Positions 32,192-43,600 of a stretch of 64,000 nt of DNA are shown here, piece by piece; position 1 is the first letter of the stretch, and every line of letters begins with the position of its first letter. Under the pieces are notes generated by a model that did not search any database, was not told where the DNA came from, and worked only from the letters and a program-made list of their open reading frames with translations. The position numbers and the translations under genes are program-made. The DNA lies in NCBI GenBank assembly GCA_000165345.1, contig CM000429.1:512001-576000 (forward strand), given 5' to 3'.

Positions 32192-33142
32192 TTATTTAAA
32201 TGGAATCAAGCTTCCAAACAATATATGCTGTGCAACGGGGAATTTATTTAGTATTTCTGCCACATACATTTTGATCATGCCAGAGTAAATTTTTTCCCAA
32301 GTGGGAACGGAAGTTAAACTATATAAAATAGGAGAGCATTCTGCAAAATATACGTTCGTCTTCATATTGAGAATATGTTGTATAGAATTAATATATAACG
32401 ATTTTGCAGAGTAAATTTCCAATATAGAGCGATCAAGTATCTGATTTGTAAGCACAGGAAATAGTTCGTTTGAGTTAATTAACTGAGCAGATCCGAATAA
32501 AAATGGGAGAAATTGGTAATCATCTAGTCCCCAAACACCCCTTGATCCAGCAGGCTCCAGTAGATATATTGACTGAAGTCTTCTCATTAAAAGGATATAT
32601 CTATAGAATACGACCAATATAAGATCAGGAAGATCATTCTTTTGGAAAGCCCCAAGCCTATGAATACACATAAGAAAAAGGATAAAATTAAGCTCATGTC
32701 CTGTCCCATAATCAACTCTGGATCTATTTCCGAATGATTCTACAAAATAACTCTTAACCTCTTGCAAATATTCGTCAGAATTTTCCTTTAGAATATCAGA
32801 AATATAAGATGTACATGTTTGGTTCGTTTTGTCATACCAAGTTTGAAAAGCCTTATTTCCAAATCTCATCGGCTGTTTTATTGGAGGTATTTCATCAATA
32901 TTAGAATCTAATTTGGATAATAATTTAAGAATGTTTATAATTGAGTTAAATCCGATATCAGATCGTTCTTTTCCGCTTTCTTCATATTCGTGTTGCTGTA
33001 CTAATATTTTTCCTTTAATGCTCTCACTCAACAATTTAATAAAATCTATAATATCTGAATGAGTTTTCCCGCAAATAAAGTAATTTAACTGCGTTAAATC
33101 AGTTATTTTAGCTATGCATTCGACTCTTTCAGCCAGACTCAT
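32192..33142 (-). CDS. PTPA: serine/threonine-protein phosphatase 2A activator (PTPA / PPP2R4)
   Basis: Family-diagnostic motifs [22 protein letters not shown] and [23 protein letters not shown] (PTPA: [23 protein letters not shown]). ATG start. Confidence 0.85.
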   Translation of the reverse strand: [316 protein letters not shown]

Positions 33143-33388
33143 AGGTAATTAGCTTTTTACAAAAACAATTTGATCTGTAGTAAAATAATTTAAATGATTA
33201 TTGTTGATCATTTTGGCGGTCCATGATCAATAAATTTGTTTGGGGTGTTTAATGGAAATTTGACATTGACAAATTTATGCGAAGAAAAAAAACTTATAGC
33301 AGAGGATATAGGGCTATTTTAAGGCATTAGATACAATTAATTCAGAAAAATATAAAGCTCGTATTGCTGTGCTTCAGTTTATTAAAAC

Positions 33389-34797
33389 ATGTCGGATATG
33401 ATCTTAAGCTCAGGAATAGGAAGCCAATCTTCTAGCATCATTCTGGATATCGGTACTCAATCTATTAGAGCAGGATATGGAGGTGACGATTTGCCAAGGA
33501 GTGTAGTTCCTACATGTATTGGAATTCCCAATAAGGAGGTTGATTTAATTGATTCGAATAGACTTTGCAATACCATTTTTCCTCTCAAACCATGGGAGAA
33601 GCGAGACTACATTGAAGTTTTACATCCATTACAATATAATATTCAAGAAAAAGCAATTGAATTTAATGAGGAATACTTAACAAAAATTATTCAAGAATTG
33701 TCTTTATCACAAAAATTTACAAATAGCACCTCTTCATTTTTAACTAAGCACAATTACATTTTTGAACCACTGGATGACAGGATGAATGGCCAAACACTTT
33801 TGATCCCTATTCATTCAACATCAAACCCCAATAATTCTATTAAACTTGCAGAAATTGCATTTGAAAAACTTGAAGTTGCATCGCTATTTACATCAAGAAG
33901 GCCAGTACTTTCTTGTTTTGCTTGTGGTAGGACTTCAGGGATTGTAGTTGACATCGGTGCGTCAGTATCAAATGTTTCTTGCGTTCAAGATGGGCACTGT
34001 ATTCAAGGGAGTATTCAGGAGTATCCTGTTGCAGGAGACTTTTTGGATAATGAAATTTATAAAAAAATACACAAGGTAAACATTATTCCTGAATTTGGAA
34101 TATTCAAAAATGAAGATAAAAATGGGGCAAGTGAATATCATGTACCCTTAACAAATGTTGATGAATCTTACTTAACTTGGGGGATAATGCATGTAATTAG
34201 GGAAATTAAACATTCTAGCCTTTTTTTCCCGAATCCTAATTCAAATAATGAGAATGAGTTTCATCTCCCAGATGGTAATGTAATTGACACTACATCTATT
34301 CGTAACAGCATTCCAAATTTACTTTTTAAATCTGGAAATTCCAATCAAGGCTACCCAGGCATTGTACAAATGGTTATAAATTCAATAACTGAAACTTCAA
34401 ATATCAATAAAGAAATTTCAAGCATTACTTCATCTATTATTCTTGCAGGAGGAACAACATTAATTAATGGATTTGATGCCAAGTTGCACCAAGGAATTAT
34501 CGATCAGAGACCTTCAGTAATATTTAATAACTCTGTAAGTTTTCTGAAATCAAATTACAAAATTTATTCAGCATTTTAGACTGGTCCAGCTCCTAGAATT
34601 GTTGCATCTCCGCGCGCATCAGAAAGATTGGCATCTGCATGGATTGGAGCTTCAATTCTTTCTTCTTTGGGAACATTTCCCCAATTTACAGTTTCAAAGA
34701 GGGTAAGTGTGTTTTGTATATGAACTTCTTATTTTAATTGTTTTTGCAGGACTACCAAGAGTTTGGCCCAAATATTATTAATAAAAAATGCCCATAG
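33389..34797 (+). CDS. actin-related protein, Arp4-like, 3 exons
   Basis: Exons are 33389..34534, 34580..34702 and 34750..34797. Introns are 45 and 47 bp (GTAAGT...TAG, GTAAGT...CAG), both in phase 0. The N-terminus ILDIGTQSIRAGYGGDDLPRSVVPTCIG parallels the Arp4 VIDPGSYTTNIGYSGSDFPQSILPSVYG. Exon 2 is TGPAPRIVASPRASERLASAWIGASILSSLGTFPQFTVSKR. Exon 3 is DYQEFGPNIINKKCP, an actin-like C-terminus. Confidence 0.7.
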
Positions 34798-35055
34798 TCC
34801 TAAATAATAGTATAAGTCATGCTTTTAATCTACTAGTTATCAATCTACTTACAATTATCACAGCTGCCTATCAAAATTTTACTTGAATTTGTTATAATCT
34901 AATAATTTTATTGCCCATAATGAGGAGGCGCCTACCCATTTTTTTCTCTTTCCCCCACATAAGAGTTTAAATGAAACAATTTTCATATCGAAGATTGGAA
35001 ACTGTCGCCATTCAACTAATAAAATTTAAAGAGGTGATATTAGGCACTGGTTCAA

Positions 35056-35844
35056 ATGTATTCCTTAACTAAAAATAGAGATCCTATACAAATTGAGGGA
35101 TTTTGTGGTCAACTCATTTCTGAGACAGAAAAAAAAAGCTATAATGGCAAAATTGAACATAGCTTTAACCCTTATATGAATAATGGTGGTTCATGCGTAG
35201 CCGTAGCAGGGGATGATTTTGTTGTAATCGCCGCAGATACAAGGCTCAGTAAAATGTATAGAATAGCCTCAAGATCAGTTTCTAAAACTTGTCAGTTAAC
35301 AAATAAGTGTATCTTAGCTTGTAGTGGAATGCTTGCAGATATAAATGCACTTAGAAAGACGTTATTAGTAAGTTTCTAAATATTATTAGATAACATTATA
35401 ATCATTTAATTTCAGGCAAAAGTAAAACTATATGAGTTTGAACATAACAAAACGCCCTCTATTAATGCAATTGCTCAATTACTTTCTTGTATATTGTACT
35501 CGAAAAGATTCTTCCCATACTATTCATTTTGTCTACTTTCAGGGTTAGATGAACAGGGTAAAGGTGTTGTTTATGGCTATGATGCAGTGGGTAGTTTTGA
35601 TCAGCATAAATTTGTGGCACTTGGGTCTGGAGGATCGTTAATAACTTCAATCCTTGATAATCAAATATCGGGAAATAATCAGACCTCATTTGAGTCGATT
35701 GATAAAGTTGGAATCATTAATATTGTTAAAGATTCAATTACGAGTGCCAGTGAGAGAGACGTTCATACAGGTGACTCTGCAGAAGTTATTGTTATTGACT
35801 CTTCCGGAATAAGCGTTTCATCATTAAGATTAAGAGAGGATTAA
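35056..35844 (+). CDS. PSMB1: proteasome subunit beta type-1 (beta-6, non-catalytic), 2 exons
   Basis: Exons are 35056..35367 and 35416..35844, with a 48 bp intron (GTAAGT...CAG, phase 0). NPYMNNGGSCVAVAGDDFVVIAADTRLS matches the PSMB1 FSPYxFNGGTxLAIAGEDFAIVASDTRLS. There is no N-terminal Thr nucleophile, which fits the inactive beta-6. Exon 2 is ...AKVKLYEF...GLDEQGKGVVYGYDAVGSF.... Confidence 0.8.
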
Positions 35845-36147
35845 TTTCAAATAATACGATAGGTTATTACAAACTAATAAGTACATAGGCAAACTTTAGT
35901 TATGACCCTAATAAATAGAATCTAAAGATAGCAATTTTTTTAATAAAATTTTAAATTGAATTTAGCTTTGTGTATCGATTTCCCGCAGAACAATTTGATG
36001 GTAGCTCTAATTACAATTCAAATTGTTTGCTCAAAATTTGAAATTATTTATCGGTGTCTTCTTCCGACTAACCAATAATTTATTAGTGAATAATAATCAA
36101 CTTCCACAATATTTGTTTTTTGATGAGCAAATATTGAATATTTAGCG

Positions 36148-38046
36148 ATGGAATCAATTACTAATGATATTTTTGATGAATTAAGTAATGAAATAACTGT
36201 TAAAAATGATGATTTCGGAGACTTCGATATGGAAATCAGCGAAAGAATTGAGTTTCCATTGCTCGTCATTGTAAAACATTTACAATACCAAAACGGTTTA
36301 AAACATAAGGATTTTGCACAATATACACGGTATTGTTCTCGAAAGCTTCATAGATTAAGATCTGGGCTAAAAATGAAATGTGGAAGGAGTAAATTTCAAA
36401 AAAGTTATACTGAATGCAGTGACTACACAAACCATAAACATTTACTACTGTTAATTCTTTTAATCGAGAGAAATTTGAGTTCAGGAGCTGATCTAGGGTG
36501 TGGAACTACTAAAAATGTCAGTGCAAGACTAAATAAAGTAAACAATAGAGGAAGACTGCATGAAATACGCAAGCTGAGGAGAGGATGCAACTTGTCCAAA
36601 CTCCTTGTAGAAGTTGCCAAGAATAGATGCACTCATAGGAGTATTGTTGAAGTTCAAGCCTACCAAAGTTATATTCTCGGTAATTATTATTTGAAATGTT
36701 CAAATTGGGAGAAAGGCGCAATTGAACTGAACAAGTCTTTGAAGCTCTACCAACAGCTTAAACTAGATGTTTCAATATTTGAAAAATATAATATTTTGCC
36801 CCATTATAATATTTCTAAACTATCTAAATCTGAATGTGTCCAAGCTTATGATGATCAAATCATGGAAATGGCACCACTAATTCGACTTTGTTTATATCAT
36901 TGTAAGCGTCTTGATATTTCGGTTCATGTATGCGATAATACAGTTAATGTGCTAAAAAACAATGACTCGCTCAATAATTCAAATATGAAATTTTTTTACA
37001 ATAATAAAGAATATAATGTTCCAATTTCAAATTTGGAAATATTACTAGTCGAATTACAGGAAAATTATAAAGCAGTTAAGGAGTATATTCCTTCTGGAGA
37101 CACTGAGAAAATTCTAAAGCTTCCAGGCAATATAGTAATTGAATTATTCTCTGAAACTTTAATGTCTTCAACCACTTTGAGAAATAAAATTCACGAGGAA
37201 ATGACAAAAGCCAGCGCAAATAATGAAACTTTAGTAATAAATAGTTGTCAATCAAATGAATGGGTTGCGTTCGAATCTTACACTAAAGAATTTAATTCAT
37301 TTGTTTCTATCGAGAGGGATTTAATATTTGTATTCCAGTTGATGGAATACTTCAATAATCCTGAATTTTACACGAAATTGATTTTTCTTAATGATGAACG
37401 TTGGGCAAATATATCACATGAACTTCAGAATTCAACTGCAAAAAAAATCAATTCTTTAAGATATCCTGAAGAGGGAGTTCGTATATGTGACATAGTTAAT
37501 TACACTGTTTCTGAGATCTCTTCTAGCAACAAAGCCACCCATATTTCGGATTTAATAGATATTTTGGAAATTGTAAATAACAATTGCCGCAGCTTGTTTT
37601 TGTCACACTGCTTTGGACAAAAAGGAAAATTTCAAGAAGCATTTGTACTTTGCGACTTGGTGAAGTCACGTCTTGAAATTAAGGAGACGAATTTTAACAA
37701 AATCTATTTAGATAAAGATGAAATATTTCAAAGAATAATTACTCTAATTAAAGAAATCAATCTTAATGTTAATGATATGGCAAACAAGTCATACAACATT
37801 TACCTTTCAAACGCCGCAACTTATGAAACTATACAAATCAAAGCGATGGATTTTAAAAATTCTAATGGAACCCTTAATGATGAAGCAATAAGTCCAAGAG
37901 TTCTTCCGATTCCAGTAAAGCCAATCATGTTTGATATAGCTTCTGATTTTGTTTTATCCCCAGATTTATCAAATAAAATTAAAAAAAATGGGTTAGTGAA
38001 CAAAATTTTCTCGAAAGCTACTTCAAAATTTAGATTATTCAAATAA
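36148..38046 (+). CDS. SRP68: signal recognition particle 68 kDa subunit (SRP68)-like
   Basis: N-terminal RNA-binding region: VIVKHLQYQNGLKHKDFAQYTRYCSRKLHRLRSGLKMKCGRSKFQ...HLLLLILLIERNLSSG. The SRP68 counterpart is [43 protein letters not shown]...YLLLVLMDAERAWSYA. Confidence 0.6.
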   Translation: MESITNDIFDELSNEITVKNDDFGDFDMEISERIEFPLLVIVKHLQYQNGLKHKDFAQYTRYCSRKLHRLRSGLKMKCGRSKFQKSYTECSDYTNHKHLLLLILLIERNLSSGADLGCGTTKNVSARLNKVNNRGRLHEIRKLRRGCNLSKLLVEVAKNRCTHRSIVEVQAYQSYILGNYYLKCSNWEKGAIELNKSLKLYQQLKLDVSIFEKYNILPHYNISKLSKSECVQAYDDQIMEMAPLIRLCLYHCKRLDISVHVCDNTVNVLKNNDSLNNSNMKFFYNNKEYNVPISNLEILLVELQENYKAVKEYIPSGDTEKILKLPGNIVIELFSETLMSSTTLRNKIHEEMTKASANNETLVINSCQSNEWVAFESYTKEFNSFVSIERDLIFVFQLMEYFNNPEFYTKLIFLNDERWANISHELQNSTAKKINSLRYPEEGVRICDIVNYTVSEISSSNKATHISDLIDILEIVNNNCRSLFLSHCFGQKGKFQEAFVLCDLVKSRLEIKETNFNKIYLDKDEIFQRIITLIKEINLNVNDMANKSYNIYLSNAATYETIQIKAMDFKNSNGTLNDEAISPRVLPIPVKPIMFDIASDFVLSPDLSNKIKKNGLVNKIFSKATSKFRLFK

Positions 38047-38091
38047 CTTCAGCACTATCACATCCACCCTACTACTTTATTTTATTGTGAG

Positions 38092-38970
38092 CTATTTATT
38101 GCACGCAGGAAATAGTACATATCCAATATCTTGTTGCACATACGATATTGATCCAAGAAAATACCTCATATTAAAATCTAATTGAACATCCACTACAAAA
38201 CTTCTCACTACCCCGTTTATGCAATTTGAGCCTAATGTCTCGTTCAAAACTTTTTTCGCACCTTCAAAGTCCACATCACCTTTAATTAGCATTAAAAATT
38301 CGTTTTTTCCAGGAGGTAGCCAGGCACCTAATTTCGCTTCTGCTTCGCCATAACGTCCTAATATATGTTCTAATTGACGGAGATCTTTGTTTTCTGTGAC
38401 TAGCGTCACCTTCTTTGCGATTAGTATTTTATCATTATCTGTGGGTAATTTCTTATTTAATGGGAATATGAAGCCATTTGATAGATCTTTATCCAATATA
38501 GAATGCGAAAAAATATTATTGTTGCTTTTGTTAGGAGTACAAACGAATTTTGTTGAAACAGGAACAAAATTTATATTTCTAATTGAGAGCCTACCGCTCA
38601 GCAAACTTTTATTATATACTGGCATCTTTAGAGTCGCAATAAATGTTCCGTCTGCTGAAACGGTTAATGAGTCTGTTTTGATGGGTAATCCGTAGATATT
38701 CCCTATAAAAATAGGAGGGGGTGCCATCTGTCCAATAGTTATTCCTCCTGAAAATAGAATCAGCAAAAAAACCAACAGTATTAATAACAAAAGTAATATA
38801 TTGTATAGACCTATAGTGATCTTTGAATTTTTTTTCTTTTCTTTAAAAGAAATATCCAGAGACAGAATAGACCATGGCTCTTTGATTGCTGCACAAGCCA
38901 CGTATGGAACAGCTTCATTAATGTCGATTTCATGGCTAAATATACATTTGTAAATCTTTTTAAAAAGCAT
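38092..38970 (-). CDS. hypothetical single-pass (signal-anchor) membrane protein
   Basis: ATG start. It has one strong TM segment (ITIGLYNILLLLLILLVFLLILFSGGITIG), followed by a ~200 aa beta-rich region. No confident family assignment. Confidence 0.45.
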   Translation of the reverse strand: MLFKKIYKCIFSHEIDINEAVPYVACAAIKEPWSILSLDISFKEKKKNSKITIGLYNILLLLLILLVFLLILFSGGITIGQMAPPPIFIGNIYGLPIKTDSLTVSADGTFIATLKMPVYNKSLLSGRLSIRNINFVPVSTKFVCTPNKSNNNIFSHSILDKDLSNGFIFPLNKKLPTDNDKILIAKKVTLVTENKDLRQLEHILGRYGEAEAKLGAWLPPGKNEFLMLIKGDVDFEGAKKVLNETLGSNCINGVVRSFVVDVQLDFNMRYFLGSISYVQQDIGYVLFPACNK

Positions 38971-39075
38971 AAATATTAATTAAATAAGCCCGCTATAAAT
39001 AAACCATAAATCCAGTGTATTTCGAATTTATTCTCGATTCATTTGGATTTAGCAATATTAATTATAATTATTTTT

Positions 39076-40202
39076 CTATAATTCTCTAACTTTAGTTGGA
39101 AACCCGAATCTCTGTCTTAATGCCCTTATTCGTTCCGGCTTAGAATTGATCTTCGATGACTGAAACTGTAAAAATTAAATCAAGCCACTATAGATCAACT
39201 TACTTCTTGGCGAATTAACTTTACTGTCTCGCCCAGGTATCTTTTCACAAGTCCAATTGCCCAATCTTGCACTTCGCTAGTTGTTTGTCTATCATCATCC
39301 TGCCTATGGACGTTTTCTCCCTGGAGCAGTAATCGGTCGGTATTGTCAATTATTCCTAGAATAATTCCGTTATAAATATTAGTTAAATGTATAATCTTTT
39401 TGCCTATATATCTTACCGTAATCTTCGTCTCTATATACGAAGTATTCTTTAACGCAATTATCACCTTTTAATTTCATTTTTCTTTTTGGTTGAGAAGTAA
39501 TTATATTGTTTTTTATTAATTTGTTATTATTTTCGCTTCTCAATCTTCTCCCATAAATTATTGGAGGTAGTATCAATTTTCGTTTTTTTATTCCGATATT
39601 CTTGCTTAAAAATGTAATACTTGAAGAAGTTTTAATAGTTGGAGAGTTTTGAGTTTTGTTCGCAAGATTACTAATTTTATCGCATCCTCTAAATTAAAAT
39701 ATAAAATAATAAATGCAAAGCTTTATACTTACATAATTGTAGGAGTAGGCGTTGAATTGCGCACAATTTCTTCTTCGAATAAATTCTTCGACAAAGTTTC
39801 ATCAAAAATACAAACTTCTTGCTTATTCTCAATATTTCTGTCAACTGTAACTTTCTGAAGTTCCGAATGATTAAATAGCTCTGAGTTACTCAGCTGTCCA
39901 AACTCATTATTTTGCGTGGGAATCAATAGAATTCCTGAATTATTGCATTCATATTGGGATGCATAAAATTTGTCTATCTCCTTTTTTTCGCATGTATATA
40001 TTCCTAAATCTTCTGTCCTCTTTCTTTTTCCATATTTACTCAAGTTCATTTTTATTGAATCAACTAAGTTATCAACTATCTTTATGTTCTAAATTCAATT
40101 GTTAATCAATACAGTCTTAATTATCCGCTTACGTACCTTTCTCCAGTCAAACCCTGTTTCTTTAATTATTTTCTTTATTTCTTCGCTGTAAAGATCACAC
40201 AT
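39076..40202 (-). CDS. hypothetical protein, putative 5-exon gene (ORF track shows only fragments)
   Basis: Minus-strand exons are 40202..40137, 40088..39733, 39688..39417, 39355..39204 and 39165..39076. The four introns (48, 44, 61 and 38 bp) have GTACGT/GTAAGT/GTAAGA/GTAAGT donors and TAG/TAG/TAG/CAG acceptors. Phases chain consistently (0, 2, 1, 0) and there are no in-frame stops. The protein is ~311 aa: MCDLYSEEIKKIIKETGFDWRK|NIKIVDNLVDSIKMNLSKYGKRKR...PTPTI|IGCDKISNLANK...VYRDEDYG|IIDNTDRLLLQGENVHRQDDDRQTTSEVQDWAIGLVKRYLGETVKLIRQE|FQSSKINSKPERIRALRQRFGFPTKVREL. Exon 1 is the least certain; an alternative start is the Met in exon 2. Function unknown. Confidence 0.35.
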
Positions 40203-40558
40203 TTATTATTGAATTAATATCTATTGCAATATATAGCCTTAACACACTATTTTTTTAAATCCACCTATTAATTAAAAAAACTAATTATGCAATGCATGTT
40301 TATCCACTTGATAATATACCGGTAAACTATCACATGCATACATGCAGGAAAATAAATATTTCAATACGTGTATAATCATTTAACAGCTATCTTTGAAGCC
40401 ATAATGTGATAATTGTTCAAATTCATTCAGTTTTAAGTAATTTTCAAAGAATAATTATATATTTCACAGATTTAAAAGTTGCTTTTTTTTGTCAATTGTG
40501 AACGTGTGTAAAATGTACAGTTTGCTAATAAATAAAGAGGCGTCATGTCTATTCTTGA

Positions 40559-40575
40559 TTTTTTTTTTTTTTTTA
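40559..40575. repeat. poly(T) tract upstream of the kinesin-like gene
   Basis: Direct read: gattttttttttttttttttaattt. Confidence 0.8.
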
Positions 40576-40647
40576 ATTTATTTAGAATTAAATAAGACAA
40601 GCTATATTTAGTTATACAATAATATTGATGAGATCCAATATAATGAA

Positions 40648-43600
40648 ATGGAAGGTGGGGTAATAAACTTGAAAAAAGAAAGAAGCTCAGTTAGAACATT
40701 CATCAGATTCTGTCCATCTAAAAAAACAATTATCGAAGATTCAAAAGAATGTCAATGGGTATTCAGCACAGGAGATCATGGAAAGTCGATTAGAGCAAGT
40801 AGAAAATCATCTATTTCCAAAACTAGAAGTTGTACTGTCACTGATGAGATATTTAAAGAAGATGCTTGCAATAGCGAAATTTATAGAAAAACTATGTTAC
40901 AGCAGCATGCTGTTGATGTATTAGATGGAATCTCTACGAATATAATAGTTTGCGGCCCTCACAAAACGGGAAAAACCAATTTATTAATTGGTTCTCAAAG
41001 AAGTATTGGGATAGTGCTTCAATCAATATATGATATTTTTGCTGCAATACGATGTTACACAAATGGTATTCATATTAATGAAAAAGGGGTAAATACTGAA
41101 ACAACTGGCAACTTTGATCGACTTTTTGTTGTCAAAGCATCTGTATTAGAAATAGGAGAAGACTCTTCAAACTTTAAATTAGATAATGTTCGTGATTTAA
41201 TAAATCCAGAAAACCCACTACAATTGATTAAAAAATTGGGAGGAGAATTAGGTTATTCTATAAAAGGTGAACATGAACATCTATTTGAGAATGAGGAAAA
41301 ACTAGTGGCATCAATTTTATCTGCTGTAGCAAGAAAAAAAGTTTTAGATGCGATTCGTAGAGAAAGAGTTAATACCAGAAAGAAAAAAAAAACTCCTGAG
41401 CAAATACAAAATACAATATTTGGTGAATTTGGAGAAAGATGGGTTAAAGATGATATGATTGGTAGTTTGTTGATAACTATTTCAGTTGAGTCAGTTGATA
41501 AGTCAGAATTGGAAAATAATATAAGTAAGAATGAAAAAATAGCAAACTCAACCCATGTAAACTATGGTACCTTGCGATTTTTTGAAATTTCATCTTGTAT
41601 TAGCGCAAGCCCAAATTTAAAAGCAGTAATTCCGCTTTTCGGTTTGCTCGATTTAGCATTCGAGATAAGGAAATATTGTTATACAAATGAAAAAAGTAAT
41701 AGAATCAATATTACGAATATTAGTAGTTATATTGCTTCAACCATAATTGATTCAAATTTAACTATAATTGGCACGTTATCTAGGTTTCCTTCAGAGAAAA
41801 AGTGTTGCATTCGCCCTTTAATAGCACCTTACGATAATCAAACAACTGTTCAACCCCATTCAATTTTTGATACATTGCAATTTTTGGAATATATCGGTAA
41901 TAGCATGAAATTTCCCATATATCCTCAAAGAAATTGTTTTAAAAAGCCTTTTGTTCAATCAAAACTAATGGAAGTTTGCAGGAAAAATTTAATGAATGGC
42001 TCCAAGAAAATTCATAGTAAAATGATAATTAAATCAGAAAGAGGAATCTGGCAAAGTGAAAGTAGTGGAAGAGTAACTAGAATTATCCGGCTGCTTACAT
42101 TCATTAATCGTTCAATTGAAGGTTCAGGAATATTGAGAATTTTGATGAGTGGGAATGAAGATGATATTATTCGAATTTACTGCGAAAATATTATTGGATC
42201 TGGTGTAATTGACCTAGATGGATACCAAATTAATAATTCCACTGGAAAATGGTTTCAAATTGATAACTATAAATTACCTGAAAAAGAAAAAGAACAGAGG
42301 AAGAAGTTAGAGTACATGAATCAAATAGAACAGAAATACGGATTGAAAGACAAAAATATTAAAAAGGAAACTTTGCTCATTGATAAAAAGGTCAAATTCG
42401 ACTGTGAAAAAAAAAATGAAAAAGAAATTGAAGATCATATTAAAAAGATGAAAAATCTTGACTTTACAATTGAAAGACCTAAATTTGAAGATAATAACTT
42501 TAAAGAGATTTCAGAAAACAAAGCTCCTAATAAATTTGGAAATAACATTAAATTTGACGAAGTTTTGCTTTCATCAAGTACAAACGAAAGAATTGAAAGT
42601 AGTGAGTCTGATGTAGATATTACTAATATATTCGATTCTACAGCACTTGAGCGTAATAAAGATAAGTTAGATAATGAAGATTTTAATGTAAATCTGTGCG
42701 AACAATTTGATAAGTCAAATAAATCAAAGAAAAAAATATTTATTAGCGAAAACGTAGGCAACAGTAACAATTATTTGAATGTTGACGAATACGTTGGCGA
42801 ATCAAATAATTTTAATGATCAAATAAGTGAAGGAATAGGTCCTGATTCAAACCTATTTGATCCTGTAAAACAATATGAAAAGTTACTAAAAAAAACTATT
42901 TCGCTTAATAAACTACAAAAATCGATTATGGAAAGCCAAAAAAAGGTACTTCAAGATGAATCTTTATATGCAAATAGTAATGCTAATAGCATGAATGATT
43001 ATATTTCTAAGCTAGAAGGGAAGAAACCTTCTAACCGTCTTTCATTAGTTAATAAAAAAGCTATTGAGGCTAGCCAAAAAGCTATTGAAGCTAGTAAAAA
43101 AGCTATTGAAGCTAGTAAACATTTATATGAGAGGGAAGTAAACCACTCGAGAGGAAAAATACATGATCACATACCTGCTTCGAAAAATTTTCCACAAATC
43201 GATATTTATGCACCATCCTATGACTCGGATATTGAATATGACAAATTTCACAACCCAAAAGATATCGTATTTGATTTCAAGTCATCAAACGAAAGCGATG
43301 AAGATCATAAGGAAAGAGTTCTTGAAAGTCATTATAAAAGCAACTTCCCTCATAATAATGAAAGTTGCCCTTGCTGTGACCAACTATCAAAAAGGAGTAA
43401 GTGCCGTTGCCATTATGCGGACGCATCCGTAAATTTCAATGGAATAAGCGAAACATCTGTGAATACTGATAAATCTCTGTTCTTATATTATGAACCAGGA
43501 GCAGGTAAAAATGAACTAATTAAACCAAATGGCAGAAGTTGGGATATTTTTGTTAATGTTCCCAAGAAGTTTGCGAACGTAACAACTCTTGGATTCGAAA

